From contig NC_068991.1 in assembly GCF_001194135.2 (NCBI RefSeq), positions 16,210,438-16,274,437 on the forward strand: DNA of 64,000 nucleotides, read 5' to 3'. This stretch comes from Octopus bimaculoides (Eukaryota). A program made the translations under genes and the position numbers. The notes under the pieces were generated by a model. It was given only the letters and a program-made list of their open reading frames with translations, was not told the origin of the DNA and ran no database searches. Below, piece after piece: positions 51,210 to 63,700 of this stretch (within the stretch, counting starts at the first letter, position 1; the number at the start of each line of letters is the position of its first letter).

Positions 51210-54200
51210 GTTAGTCTTAATGAAACCATTTAGCTTACTTTTTTGTATTTTTACTTTCTTATCCCGTGCTTGTTGTTTTACCATGTATTAATTTTTCTAC
51301 ATAATAACAACCAATATATATGCTTAAATGTATTTGTTTTTCTCTAATAAATTGCACTTTGGGTTTGAGGCTCTGATGAAACTGTAAGGTGTTACTCAGG
51401 CACTCAACTTTGAGTGAGTGGAAACAACTGTAAATTAACGAAGTTCGTAAAATCGTTTATTCCTTTGTCATCACTTTTCTTATAATAATAACTAATATAA
51501 ATGTTGGTTGGTTTCTCTGGTGATGCTTTACATTGTATAAAGAGAAGGGGAAAGATTGTAGAAGAGAAATACAGAGAAAGTTGAGGTGGGAGTGCAGAAT
51601 GAGTATCTATGGTGATCTTTTGGAGAAAGTTTATCAAAACTGAAAATATTTGTGGGATAATTTCCATGAAAACTTTGTTTTTTCAATATTTTTTTCAGCT
51701 GAATCACTTGTCTGTGTATGTACAGGGTGTCCACAAAGTTTGGGTACATGGAGTAAATAAAAAGGCGTAGTAGTGGCTGTGTGGTAAGTAGCTTGCTTAC
51801 CAACCACATGGTCCCGGGTTCAGTCCCGCTGCGTGGCATCTTGGGCAAGTGTCTTCTGCTATAGCCTTGGGCCAACCAAAGCTTTGTGAGTGGATTTGGT
51901 AGACAGAAACTGAAAGAAACCCGTCGTATATATGTATATATATGTATGTGTGTGTGTATGTGTTTGTCCCCCCAACATCGCTTGACAACCGATGCTGGTG
52001 TGTTTATGTCCCTGTAACTTAGCGGTTCAGCAATAGAGACCGATAGAATAAGTACTAGGCTTCTAAAGAATAAGTCCTGGGGTCGATTTGCTCGACTAAA
52101 GGCGGTGCTCCAGCATGGCCACAGTCAAAAGACTGAAACAAGTAAAAGAGTAAAAGAGAGTAAACAATTCAATACAAGAAATAATAATTTCTTGAAGTAT
52201 GTGTTAATCCCCTTGTACCCAGACTTTGTGGACACCCTGTATAATTTGTGTATGTAATATGTGCTTTTGTGCATGTATTTCTGTATGTATATGTTAAATG
52301 TTGTTTGGTTAGTTGATTGATTACTCCTGTCCCTCTCTACATTCTAAAGAAAGAGAGTAAAAGATAAACAGAGTTAATGTAAGATATGCACAATGGGTGT
52401 CTCTGTAATAATAAAAGCTGATATAAATGTTGGTTGGTTTGCTGGTTGATTGATTTCCCCAATTTACACTTTACATTGTACAGAAAGAGCGGGAGTAAAA
52501 GAGAGAAGAGAGAGAGAGTTAACATAAGAGATACAGGATGAGTGTCGATAATGTTTAGGGGGTAAGTCAGTTACATTGACTCCAGTGCATAACTGGTACT
52601 TATTTTATCAACTCTGAAAGGATGAAAGGCAAGGCCATCGTCAGCAAAATTTGAATTTAGAACATAAAAAGCTGGAAGAAATGCTTATTTCTTTACTGCC
52701 CACAAGGGGGATAAACATAGAGGGGACAAACAAGGACAGACAAAGGGATTAAGTCGATTACATCGACTCCAGTGCGTAACTGGTACTTATTTAATCGACC
52801 CCGAAAGGATGAAAGGCAAAGTCGACCTCGGCGGAATTTGAACTCAGAACGTAGCGGCAGACGAAATACTGTTAAGCATTTCGCCCAGCGTGCTAACGTT
52901 TCTGCCAGCTCGCCGCTGGAAGAAATGCTGTTAAGCATTTTGCTTGGCACAGTAACGATTTTGCAAGCTCACTGATTTTGAGTGTCTCCATATCAACCAT
53001 TTTATCCCCATAAAAATTTTTTTTTCTCAAGGTCATTCATTACTCATGGATTTAGTGTTTGTGTGCTATGAGATGATGACTGTGTTGATGATTGATTACA
53101 GACGTATGTTGAGCACGTGGTTAGAGGCAACAGAAAGTGCTGATGTACTAACTGCCCAAAGGTCATAAGTTCAAACCCTAGCTGGAGTCATTAAATTGTA
53201 TATTCATTCAGGCATGCCACATTAGTAACTTTGCTTGCTTCAGGCTTCTTCACTGAAACAAATAAACCTTCCTTATCTTCATTTATTTATCTTCTTCATC
53301 CTGATTCCTTGGTTTTTTTTGGGTTTTTTTACGGTTCATTGGTTAGCAAGCTGGAATAACATGCAACTATTAAAAGAGAATCATTGTTGCATTGATTCAC
53401 ATGCAAATATGCAATATTGCATATTGTTGAAGCAATTGTTTTTACGGCTAAATGCATTCCATTGCTATTGCTAATCACTGAGGCGTGAATTAGGGAATGA
53501 GTGGGATCTATTTCAGCCTAACCTTTCTAAGTAATCTAGCTCAATAGTGGTTCAGTTGTCTCTTGTTACTGTATTTTTGCAAAAAAAAAAAAAAAAAAAA
53601 AAAAGATATTTCTTAAGCTGCAACAATAATTGATGTGATAATGACATAATAATTAGTTTTGAATTTTGGCGCAAGGCCAGCAATTTTTAGGAGACGGGAG
53701 TTAATTGCTTACATTGACCTCGGTATTTTACAGGTACTTTATTTTATCAACCTTGAAAGGATGATTGGCATTGTTGTTAACCTTGGTGAGATTTGAACTA
53801 TGGCAATAATGATAATGCTAATAATAATAATAATAATAATAATCCTTTCTATTACAGGCACAAAGCCTGAAATTTGTGCGGAGGGGACTAGTCAATTACA
53901 TTGACCCCAGTACTCAGCTGGTACTTAATTTATCCACCCTGAAAGGATGAAAGGCAAAGTTGACCTTGGCAGAATGTAAGGACGAACCAAATGCCGCTAA
54001 GCATTTTACCCACTGCACTAATGATTCTGTCGGCTTCCTGACAATGATAATAATAATAATCCTTTCTATTGTGGGCACAAGGCCTGAAATCCTGGGTATA
54101 AGGGACTAGTAGATTACATCAACTCCAGTGCTCTACTGGTATTTATTTTATTGACCCTTGAAGGATGAAAGGCAAAGCTGACCTTGGTGGAATTTGAACT

Positions 54201-54279
54201 CAGAATGTTATGACAGGCAAAATGCTTGGCAACAATTTGCCTGCTGAGCTAATAATTTTGCCAGCTTACTGCCATAATA

Positions 54280-54315
<36 letters not shown>

Positions 54316-57300
54316 GGTTTCAAATTTTGGCATGAAACCAGTAGTTTTGTGAGAGGAGGTAAATTGATTACATTGATCCCAGTGTTCAACTAGTATTTGA
54401 TTGATTGAATTTGAAAGGATGAAAAGCAAGGTTGATCACATCAGCATTTGACCTCAGAATGTGAAGATGGGCAAAATGCCACTAAGCAGTTTGCCTGGTA
54501 TGACAACAATTCTGCTAGTTTGCTGCCTTGAATAATAATAATAATAATAATATTGATAAATTATAATAAATAGGTTTGCTTTGACAGAATCATCCTGGTG
54601 GTGGTGGGGGTGGTTAAACAGTTATTAATTACTCTAACCATGCAGATCTATGATCCAACGTGTTTTAACCCTTTACCTACCAGTGATCTCATACGAGATC
54701 ACTTCAAAATTGCAAATTTCATAATTATCTGTCAATATTTACACATATCTAACCTTTTTGCTATATCTACTAGGTATATTTCTCTGATATTCAAATGAGG
54801 TTTGCTAATTTTTCACCCAATATCTCGCTTATTTCTATTTAAAATGTTATTTTGAAATGTTATTTTGATCATTCCAGCGTGTTTCTAAGGCTGTTTTATG
54901 CTAGAAATCAAAGTTTCATAAAAAAGAAATTCCAGTTAGTAGAATTATGGGAGGGAATGGGTTAATCATGACTGTCCCATCTGTTTACAGGTATCTAAGA
55001 GTACCTTATCTAATGTGTCCCTTTTGTGTTTTTTTTTTAGCATGGTGAGATGTGATTTGAGGAAGATTTAGCTTCTCTTTCTAGCAAGTCAACTAATCAT
55101 GTAGTGGCTCCCTCAGTTTGTTTATAAAAATACTTTCAGGTAGTTACATGGTAACTGCCTCTACATGTAGGAGAGTGCTGATTCTACACAAACAAACATC
55201 TTGGACTACATCCAAAAAATGATGCAGCCATCTGTCTTGTTTGTTTTCTCTACTACTACAACAATGGCATCTAATCCGTGGAGCTGACTAGTTACCTGCT
55301 AATTTCACTCAGAGCCTTCCAACTCACTATTTTTTTGTCTTTCCTCCATTTGTCACCCATGTTGTGATCACCACCCTAAGCCCTTCACTTACTACAACCA
55401 GTCCTTCCATGCCATAATGTCATCCCGCTAAAATTTTCCTCTCTGAGAATTGTATTTTCCTGTGCTATGTTCCTGATTTAGTGGAAACAGCCTAAATGTA
55501 ATCTCTGAGGCTAATGAGATCACTAGTGATCTCTGTATTCCTGTACACCTGTGAAACATGAACACTGACAGCAGAAATCGAAAGAAGAATCCAAGTTACA
55601 GAGATGAAATGTTTCAGGGGACTTTCGGGAATATCATACAGAGATTGTGTCACAAATGAGGGAGTGAGAAGAAGAAGAATGAGGCAGGCAATAGGGCCCT
55701 ATGAGGAACTTCTTAACACAGTGAAGAAATGCAAGCTTAGATGGTTTGGGCAAGTCACCCACTTATCAGGGATGGCCAAAACAATCCTCCAGGGAATAAA
55801 AGTGGAAAACACAGACAGAGAAAGAGGTGGGGAAACATCTGTGAGGGGACAAGCCTAAAGATGAGATGCAATGCAAAAGCAGAAGCGGGAGATAGACGGG
55901 AGGGATCTGATCGCAGTGTCATAAGTGGTGCCCCAACGGTCAGCCAGACTATGGGATACATAATGTAATCTCTTCCAAATTCCCATTAAAGTGGTAATGA
56001 ACAACACCTGTAGGAAAAGATAAAATACTAAAAATAGACAACTGCTCATGTTACAGCTTCATAGTCAAGTGTGTTTATGTGTCATCGTTAATTTTGTCTC
56101 CTATCGCTGTTGTTTACTTTCGTTTTTAATTGAAAAAAATGAACTGTTTTTTTGGTTTTTTTTGCAATGAAAAAAAGCACATAACAAACCTAGCACTTTG
56201 TCCTGGTAAACAAGCGAGGCTTAGACTCTTTATAGTTGAAGAAATTATTGATGATAGTTATTCTTTGGATGAAGAGTTACTCTTATGCAGACAATCAAAC
56301 TGGTGAAACAGATGAGGAAAGTAGCGATTTGGATGAACAAATATGGTAGTTGAGAGAAAGGCCTATTATTGTTGTTTTCCTGAATTTTTATTTTTTATTT
56401 TGTGATTCTGTCCATTAGTTTGCTTGCAATTGTTACTCTTGAGCTGCAATATGCAACTATTTTTTTGCCTAGGAGCCCAGGTGGGGGGTAGTTACATGGG
56501 AGGTCCAGGTCTGAGAGGGTTAACCATGTCATTCTTAGTAATCTTGAAGTGGTTGTGAAAGCTATGGGCATGGGTGCTTCCTCTATGCCAAAAAAAAAAA
56601 AAAAACAGAAATAGAGAGAGAGAGAGAAATGGGAGATAATATCTTGATTTGCTAGAAATTACACCCAAATCTTTTTTGAAGACTTGAAGAGCATGCTGGT
56701 TTGAAGCTGAATCATATTGATCTGGCATCTGTTCATCTGCAAGTCTCTACATGGTTGAGCCAGCTGAGAGACCAAAGCCTGAGGCTGCAGTAGAAGACAC
56801 CTGCCTGAGGTGGATTTGATAGATAACTAAATAGCAATTGAAAGAACCCTGTTGTACATACGTGTATTTGTGTGTGTGTGCATGTGTGTGTCAGTATACA
56901 TTTTTACATTTGCACCTCTCCAAAAATTGCTGTGCAACAAGAAGGTGGTATTGTCATTTCTCCTGTCTTTGAAAATATGCTGAATAAGAAGATCCCTTAC
57001 ACAGTTAAGTGTTAGCGACAGAAAGAGCATCCAGATGTAAATCAGAGCCTCAATACTATATTTGTCTAACCCATGCTAGCCTGGCTAAATGAACAAACAA
57101 TCTGGTACGTTGCCAGTACCACCTGACTGACCTTCGTGCTGGTGGCACATAAAAGCACCCGCTACACTCTCGGAGTGGTTGGCGTTAGGAAGGGCATCCA
57201 GCTGTAGAAACTCTGCCAAATCAGATAGGAGCCTGGTGTAGCCGTCTGGTTCACCAGTCCTCAGTCAAATTGTCTAACCCATGCTAGCATGGAAAGCAGA

Positions 57301-60300
57301 CGTTAAACGATGGTGATGATGATGAATATATGTATGTGTGTGTGTTTGTGTTTACATCACTCTAAAAACCGATGTTGCATTTGTCATGTCCCCATTGCAA
57401 TTCAAGAAACTGATTGATAAAGTCCTTGACATGAATAATATTGGGATTGACAGATTTGACTTAAATCCCCTAAAGTTAGTGCTCTAGTATAGCTGCAGCC
57501 CTTTATTATATATATCCATTAAAAGAGTGGTCATTTTCCATACTTGTCTGGTTTGGGTAGAGTTTATTGAGGCAAATTTTCTATGGTCAGGTACCTTTCC
57601 AACAGTCATGCAGTTTTAAGTCAAGGGGACACAGACATATGCACATAAACACATGAATGCACATGATGGGCTTCTTTCAGTTTCCACCTATTAAATCCAA
57701 TCAGAAGATTTTGGTCAGTCTCGGGCTGTAATAAAAGGCACTTGCCCAAAGTGTACCCTACAGTGGGACTGAACTCAAAACCATGTGGTTGGGAAGTAGT
57801 CTTTAACCACATATCCATGCCTGCACCCACATTAAAAAAGTGAGAGAGAGAGAAAGAGATGTTTTCTAAATATGAAATGATTTCAAATTTGATCTCTTGC
57901 AGGAAGTCTGCTATGTAGCTTCATCATGGAAGACAACGTGTGGATAGCAATGGGATGTCACCCAAAGAGGGTGAAGTATTTCACTGCTGAACGAATGCAG
58001 CAACTGAAGGATTGCCTGTTGCAGGTGCCATCCATTGTAGCTGTTGGAGAGATAGGATTAGACTACTCTGGAGTGTAAGTATCAATGTTTGTGTTGTTGT
58101 TGTTAAGTTTCCCAAATCAGTCTTGATTATGTAGGACCTTTGAATCAGAGATTTTCCAGTCACGACCATTCTGTCATTTTTTTTTTTTTTTTTTNNNNNN
58201 NNNNTTTTTTTTTTTTTTTGTTAGTTTTCTTTTTCAGGCATAATGTATTTAGAACTAGCTGATTCTATGTCTTCCTTTTTTAAGATGGTAGGTTGTGATT
58301 TGAGAGAATGCAATATATATAGGGTTCTTCCCATTGGCTCATATTGTTGATGCAGCTGAATTTTTAAAAAAATAAATTTTTGTACCCATATCTCAAGTGT
58401 TTCTGTCTAAGTTAAGAATTTATCAAGGATTATTTTGATAATAATTTTGTTATTATTAAGTTGGTACCAGAACATAATTTAAGCTTGAATTAATTATGAA
58501 TTTAGGGTTTCCTAGTTTGATAATGATAGCTACTTGATAGTATTATCTGTGATTATAAGTAGCTTCCTTTGTATAAATATCCCCTTCTTATATCAATTTT
58601 TTTTTGTTATTGTTTCAGGTTTTATCAACAAATAGATGATCAAAAACGGGCTTTACGGGATCAAATCAGACTAGCAGTTGACATGAATAAACCAATTATC
58701 ATACACTGTAGAGATGCTGAAGAAGATTGCCTTCAGATTTTTCTGGAAGTAAGTTTTAGCTAAGCTCTTCAAAGTGATTCATCTTTCAACTGTTGTATTA
58801 AGGAGTTATCTTAACTACACCTGCATAGAAATCTTGTCGTTATCATTATTTAACATCCATATTCCATGCTGGCAGGGATTGAATTGTTTGACAGAATCTA
58901 TTTGGTCTAATGATCACATGTTCCAGCATCTACATATGTATGGTTTTTCTTAATGACATGATGATGATGATAATGCATGCTGTCAAGTCTTACTTGTTTG
59001 CAAGCGACAGCTATAGTTGTAGGTTATTATATATAATGTGCTTATTACAAAATACATTTAATATTTTAAGAATAATTTCCTTTCTATTTTATTCAAGGAA
59101 TGTCCTCAGAACTGGCCCATCCACCTTCATTGCTACACAAATTCCTATAATTGTGCACAGAAATGGCTGAATGCCTTTCCAAACCTTTGCATTGGACTAA
59201 CTCCCAAAGTGACTTACAAAAGTTCCACAGCACTCCATGACACAGCTCACAGGATATCTTTAGACCGTCTTCTTTTGGAAACTGATGCTCCCTACTTTAT
59301 TCCTTCAATGGTAAGTAAAAAGATTTGTCTCATGATGTGTCTGCATCTTCTTTTCCTTTTTTTTTCTTTTTGCTTTAAATTCTGATATAATTGTGAACGG
59401 TATTTGTAGAAAATTTCATTAAAAAAAACCTATTCTTTTGAAATTTTTATCTGAAAGGTATTTGTTGAAATTTCATTAAAAAATATCCATTTTTCACATT
59501 GTTTTGAATTAATCATGCATTATCTTGTTGCTCTGAGATTTTGAAGACGTGATTGTTTATAATTTGAATGACATTGTCAGGTAGGTGTAAGAAGCCAGAT
59601 CTGGCCAGTTTGAACTTAAAACAAGTAAAATATCCTGAGCTGGATATGGCCGGTTTAAATGGTAAAGGGTTAATTTGGAGCTACTTCAAAATTTGTTTGG
59701 GTCGTTTTTTCTCATATACTCTTTTACTCTTTTCAGTCATTTGACTGTGGCCATGCTGGAGCACCGCCTTTAGTCGAGCAAATCGACCCCAGGCCTTATT
59801 CTTTGAAAGCCTAGTACTTATTTTATCGGTCTCTTTTGCCGAACTGCTAAGTTACGGGGACGTAAGCACACCAGCATTGGTTGTCAAGTGATGTTAGGGG
59901 TACAAACACAAACATACAAACATATACACACACAAGTATATATATATATATATACATATATACGACAGGCTTCTTTCAGTTTTCCATCTACCAAATCCAC
60001 TCACAAGGCTCTGGTCGGCCCGAGACTATAGTAGAAGACACTTGCCCAAGGTGCCACGCAGAGGGAATGAACCCAGAACCATGTGGTTGGTAAGCAAGCT
60101 ACTTACCACTCCTGCGCCTATAGTTACCTTTCATCTTTCTCTCCTATTAGACCTTAGCTAATAGTGTCAGTTAACAAATATTCATTCTATGTGGTGATTC
60201 ATAATGTTCTGCACCATTTTTACAATGTTAATTGATTGGATGTTTCTCTGTAAATCCAGTGATGAGGGTAGATAAGATGAATGAAAACTCAGACAAATCT

Positions 60301-60561
60301 TAGTGTGGTCATTTTCAAAACACAGCCTCTCTGACATTGCGGAGCAGCCAAAGAAGATAGATCCACAAACTTTACTTTCTCATTCTTAACAATTTGTTCA
60401 TCTTTTTTTTGTAGGTTTCACAGAATTCAATGGTTACCTCACATCCGGGAATGGCTTTCTCTGTCGCAGAAACTGTCGCAGACCTAAAGAACATCAGTGT
60501 GAAAGAAGTTCTGAAAGCTTGCCTGGAGAATACACAGAGACTTTACGGAATCAAACTATAG
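49415..60561 (+). CDS. TATDN2: TatD-family nuclease, TATDN2-like, 818 aa; join(49415..51209,57903..58074,58619..58748,59098..59310,60415..60561)
   Basis: GT-AG exons with phases 1,2,0,0 give 2457 nt. TatD motifs present: FFDTHCHLD (HxH), GCHP, AVGEIGLDY, IIIHCRDA, IHLHCY, LLETDAPYF, SHPG, ENTQRLY. The long low-complexity N-terminus and the D-T-H-C-H-L-D / ETDAPYF / HPG pattern match TATDN2 rather than TATDN1 or TATDN3 (from memory of the family). Confidence 0.9.
51723..52239. mobile_element. Tc1/mariner-type MITE (TA TSD) interrupted by a SINE A copy (51764-52161, +)
   Basis: TA|cagggtgtccacaaagtttgggtaca ... tgtacccagactttgtggacaccctg|TA. Confidence 0.88.
52691..52914 (-). mobile_element. 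Young full-length SINE family B copy
   Basis: Retains many CpGs; reverse complement of gcggcgagctggcagaaacgttagcacgctgggcgaaatgc... Confidence 0.85.
53651..54530 (-). mobile_element. Chain of four SINE family B copies separated by (AAT)n
   Basis: Copies at about 53651-53800, 53840-54042, 54058-54268 and 54314-54530. Confidence 0.78.
54669..54961. mobile_element. piggyBac-type MITE, copy 2 (inverted relative to 42024-42299)
   Basis: TTAA|ccctttacctacc ... gggagggaatggg|TTAA; reverse complement of copy 1 plus a 13-bp internal duplication aaatgttattttg. Confidence 0.88.
55490..55970 (+). mobile_element. RTE/BovB-like LINE 3' remnant
   Basis: LMRSLVISVFLYTCET*TLTAEIERRIQVTEMKCFRGLSGISYRDCVTNEGVRR...KKCKLRWFGQVTHLSGMAKTILQG, with an internal stop. 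Confidence 0.85.
57903..58074 (+). CDS. TATDN2: TATDN2 coding exon 2
   Basis: GSLLCSFIMEDNVWIAMGCHPKRVKYFTAERMQQLKDCLLQVPSIVAVGEIGLDYSG; ttgcag / gtaagt. Confidence 0.92.
58619..58748 (+). CDS. TATDN2: TATDN2 coding exon 3
   Basis: FYQQIDDQKRALRDQIRLAVDMNKPIIIHCRDAEEDCLQIFLE; tttcag / gtaagt. Confidence 0.93.
59098..59310 (+). CDS. TATDN2: TATDN2 coding exon 4
   Basis: ECPQNWPIHLHCY...FPNLCIGLTPKVTY...ISLDRLLLETDAPYFIPSM; attcaag / gtaagt. Confidence 0.93.
59490..59671. mobile_element. Partial piggyBac-type MITE (right end)
   Basis: Ends ggccggtttaaatggtaaaggg|TTAA; left terminus not found. Confidence 0.55.
59718..60118 (-). mobile_element. Full-length SINE family A copy in the last TATDN2 intron
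   Basis: Reverse complement of the 51764-52161 consensus, with a small deletion in the head. Confidence 0.9.
60415..60561 (+). CDS. TATDN2: TATDN2 terminal coding exon
   Basis: VSQNSMVTSHPGMAFSVAETVADLKNISVKEVLKACLENTQRLYGIKL-TAG; ttttgtag acceptor. Confidence 0.92.
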   Translation, partial: VSQNSMVTSHPGMAFSVAETVADLKNISVKEVLKACLENTQRLYGIKL

Positions 60562-60562
60562 A

Positions 60563-60568
60563 AATAAA
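60563..60568 (+). promoter_or_regulatory. Candidate polyadenylation signal right after the TATDN2 stop
   Basis: AATAAA begins 2 nt after TAG. Use is not demonstrated and the region is very AT-rich. Confidence 0.3.
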
Positions 60569-63489
60569 CAAAAAAATTTTTTAAAAAAAGTAAAATTTAC
60601 CATATCAGAATTTAATTATTATTTTTCCTTCATTGAAATATATCAAATTTTTTTCATTATTTTCTTCACGTTTATTTTTAATTTTTTACCCCAAATGTTT
60701 TTGTCCCTCCTAAAGTACCAAATCTTGGGTTGCAGCTTTATATCTGCTGAAGGTATTTCAGCTTAACAATTGTTTCTACAAAAAGTGTAAAACCTGCAAT
60801 TCTGAGAAGAGATTAATCAATGTCATCAACCCCAGATCTTTATTGGTATTTCATTTGATCACACCCCAAATGGATGAAAGGTGAAGTTAATCTTAGTAGC
60901 AGGATTTGAACTCAGACTGTGTGATTAAGAAGTTTGCTTCCTAACCATGTTGTGTCCAGTTCAATTCCACTGCGTGGCGCCTTGGGTGGGTGTCTTTCAC
61001 TGAAGTCCTGTACCAAACAAAGCTTCATGAACGGATTTTATTGATAGAAACTAGTCCAGTGTGTGTGTGTGTGTGTTAGTGTATATGTGTGTGTGTATAT
61101 GCATGTGTCTGTGTGTTTGGGTATAGCTTTGTCCTGAAATCACATAATAGTTGTGAGCAAGCATCACCATCATACAAGCAAGGTTGTTCATTTCTAGTCT
61201 TGGGAAAATATTTTGCCTGGAAACAGGTGATGCTTGGTGACAGAAAAGGCATTCAGCAGTAGAGAGAAATTCTGCCTTAGCAAATTCCGTCTGACCCATG
61301 CAAGCATGAGAAATTGGACATTGAATAATGATGAAGGTAAAGAGTTGGAACTAATATCACTAAGCACTTTCTCTTACACTGAAACGATTCTGCCAGCTCA
61401 TCACATGTATTTCTGCAAAATGGACTCCTCCTCTGAAGATGATGTATGAATGTTCAGCTTTTGCTGAATGACCTGTTCAAATGTGCATGCCAGACATTAG
61501 CTCACTCTCTCCATAAAATATACACTCTGAACAGGTGCACAGTATACCAAGAGTCAGGTGATGAAGTGTTTTGCTCAAGAATGCAATGCACCACCCATTC
61601 TAAGAATTGAAACGCATGTGCAACACCCTAACCACTAGGTCATGTGCCCTCACAGTGAACAAAATACTTCATTTTATCTTTTTAATCCACTATTTACTCT
61701 TATCCACCATCCACTCTTCAACCCTATTCAATTTTTACTGTTGTTGTCCACTCCATCTCTTTCCCATCTTTCACCCCACCATGCACTATTGCAACCTTCA
61801 CCAACCCTCTTGGTCCCTCTATCCCCATCCCTTTCTACTCACCTTGTTCCTTGGGGGCCCACTCAACCACATCATCACCATTATTTCTAACTCTCTTTTT
61901 AGCATCACCTTAGCCACTCCCACCCTCTCTTCTACAATATGAATAATCAAGTAGCTTCCCTGCAGCAAGAAACCTCTTCTGCTCTGGGCCCCTTCTCTCA
62001 TACTTTAGCCCTTCATCTCAAGGCATAAAGCTTTCCCTTCGGAGTTCGGAGTTTTGCAAGCTGCTTGGCAACCTCACTGGTGCTGGTGGCAGGAAAAATG
62101 CATCCAATGTATGATGTAAAATTGTTGGCATTAGGAAAGGTATTCAGCCATAGAAACTATTCCAGAGCAGACACTGGAGCACAATGCAGTCCTTGGATCC
62201 ATCACATCCCGTCCAACCCATGCCAGAATGGAACATGGACATTAAATTATAATGATTCTACATTTCTTCATTTCACCAAGGTATCTGTAATATGTAAGCT
62301 TTTTTTTTTTTTTTTNNNNNNNNNNGGGTTCTGTATAACCAATAGCTTTCTATCAAGCTTTGATCAAATTTTATCAGTGACAATAAGGTATGATTTTTGA
62401 GGGAAATTTGGTTCTATTTCTTGCAATTCATGCAACTGTAGTAGAAGTTGGCTTGTTTAACAATTCTTTGTCTTTACTGGCTGACGTGGGTTGGTCAGAA
62501 TTGTCATACTTTCTTCATAATTTTTACTACGACAGCTACGAAGAGCCAAAATTTTGATGTCTGTTTCCTAGCACTCCTCTAAATTTTTCAATAATGAGCT
62601 TATTGTATACAGTGTGCAGGTGCACTGTCACTCATTGGAAAAGCTTAAAAAAGGGGACACAGGACAGATAGAAGTCCTGGACAGGAAGACAACAATGAGA
62701 GAGAAGTACATGTATAGTAAACAATAAAATACAAAACAGGAAAGTGGTTATTTAAGAGTCATAAAGAGAAAAAGATGCTTAGGCATGTCTGGAGCAGTGT
62801 TGGAGAATTTCAAGAAACACAGAATATTTTAAGGATGTAGTGTTCTGTCGGCCAATGCCAAGAGAAGCAATATGCTTAAGATATTGTATGAGAAAGTGAA
62901 GGCAAATGGCTCAATGGTTAGAGTGTTGGGCTTAGAGTTGTGAGTTTGATTTCTTGGACTAGGCTGTGAGTTGTATTCTTGAGCAAGACACTTTATTTCA
63001 TGTTGTTTCAGTTCACTCAGTGCCAAGCTGTATCAGCCTTTGCCTTTCCCTTAGACATTGGTGGCACGAGGGGGGGGGAGACTGATATGCATGGGTGACT
63101 GGTGCTGGTTGTCCACAAGCAACTTTGCTGGACTTGTACCATGGAGGGTAACTTTTAGGTGCAATCCCATGGTCACTTATGACCAAAGGTGGGAGGGGGG
63201 TCTTTACCCCCACTTCATGGTATGTGAATTGGATGACAAATTTATGCCTATGACCTGAATAAGAACTCAGAAAACAAAAGTCCAGAACAGAACATAGCAA
63301 GGCATCCTGTAAGAGACTCTTCCAGTACACAGGCCTATACTAGAATTTTATTTTATCAACCTCAGCAGGACTTGAATTCAGAAAGCAAGGAACCGGGAGT
63401 AAACACTACAAGGTATTTTGTCCAATGCTCTAATGACTGTCAAATACTTACATGATCATAAAATAGTGTGTGGGCTTATAAGGAATATA

Positions 63490-63700
63490 ACTACACTCTT
63501 TGAGATCCACTATGAAATGCTGTTCCCACATTTTAGACAGTACTGTTACACACAACCACCTGATAGCATATCCAAAAGAGAGCTCGCCTACTGCTTAGCA
63601 AAAACTCCTTAGTCAACACACTAACTTCTCACCCACAGCATTTATAATTCTATCACAACAGCCTTTGTTCCTTAGAACTAACTACTTTTGTATAAAACAC
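63490..63700 (+). mobile_element. CR1/L2-like LINE remnant; related fragment about 55150-55260
   Basis: TMKCCSHILDS and TQTNILDYIQK resemble the P-x-M-E-Y-C-S-H-I-W...LDRIQ end of CR1/L2 reverse transcriptases; heavily decayed. Confidence 0.5.
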
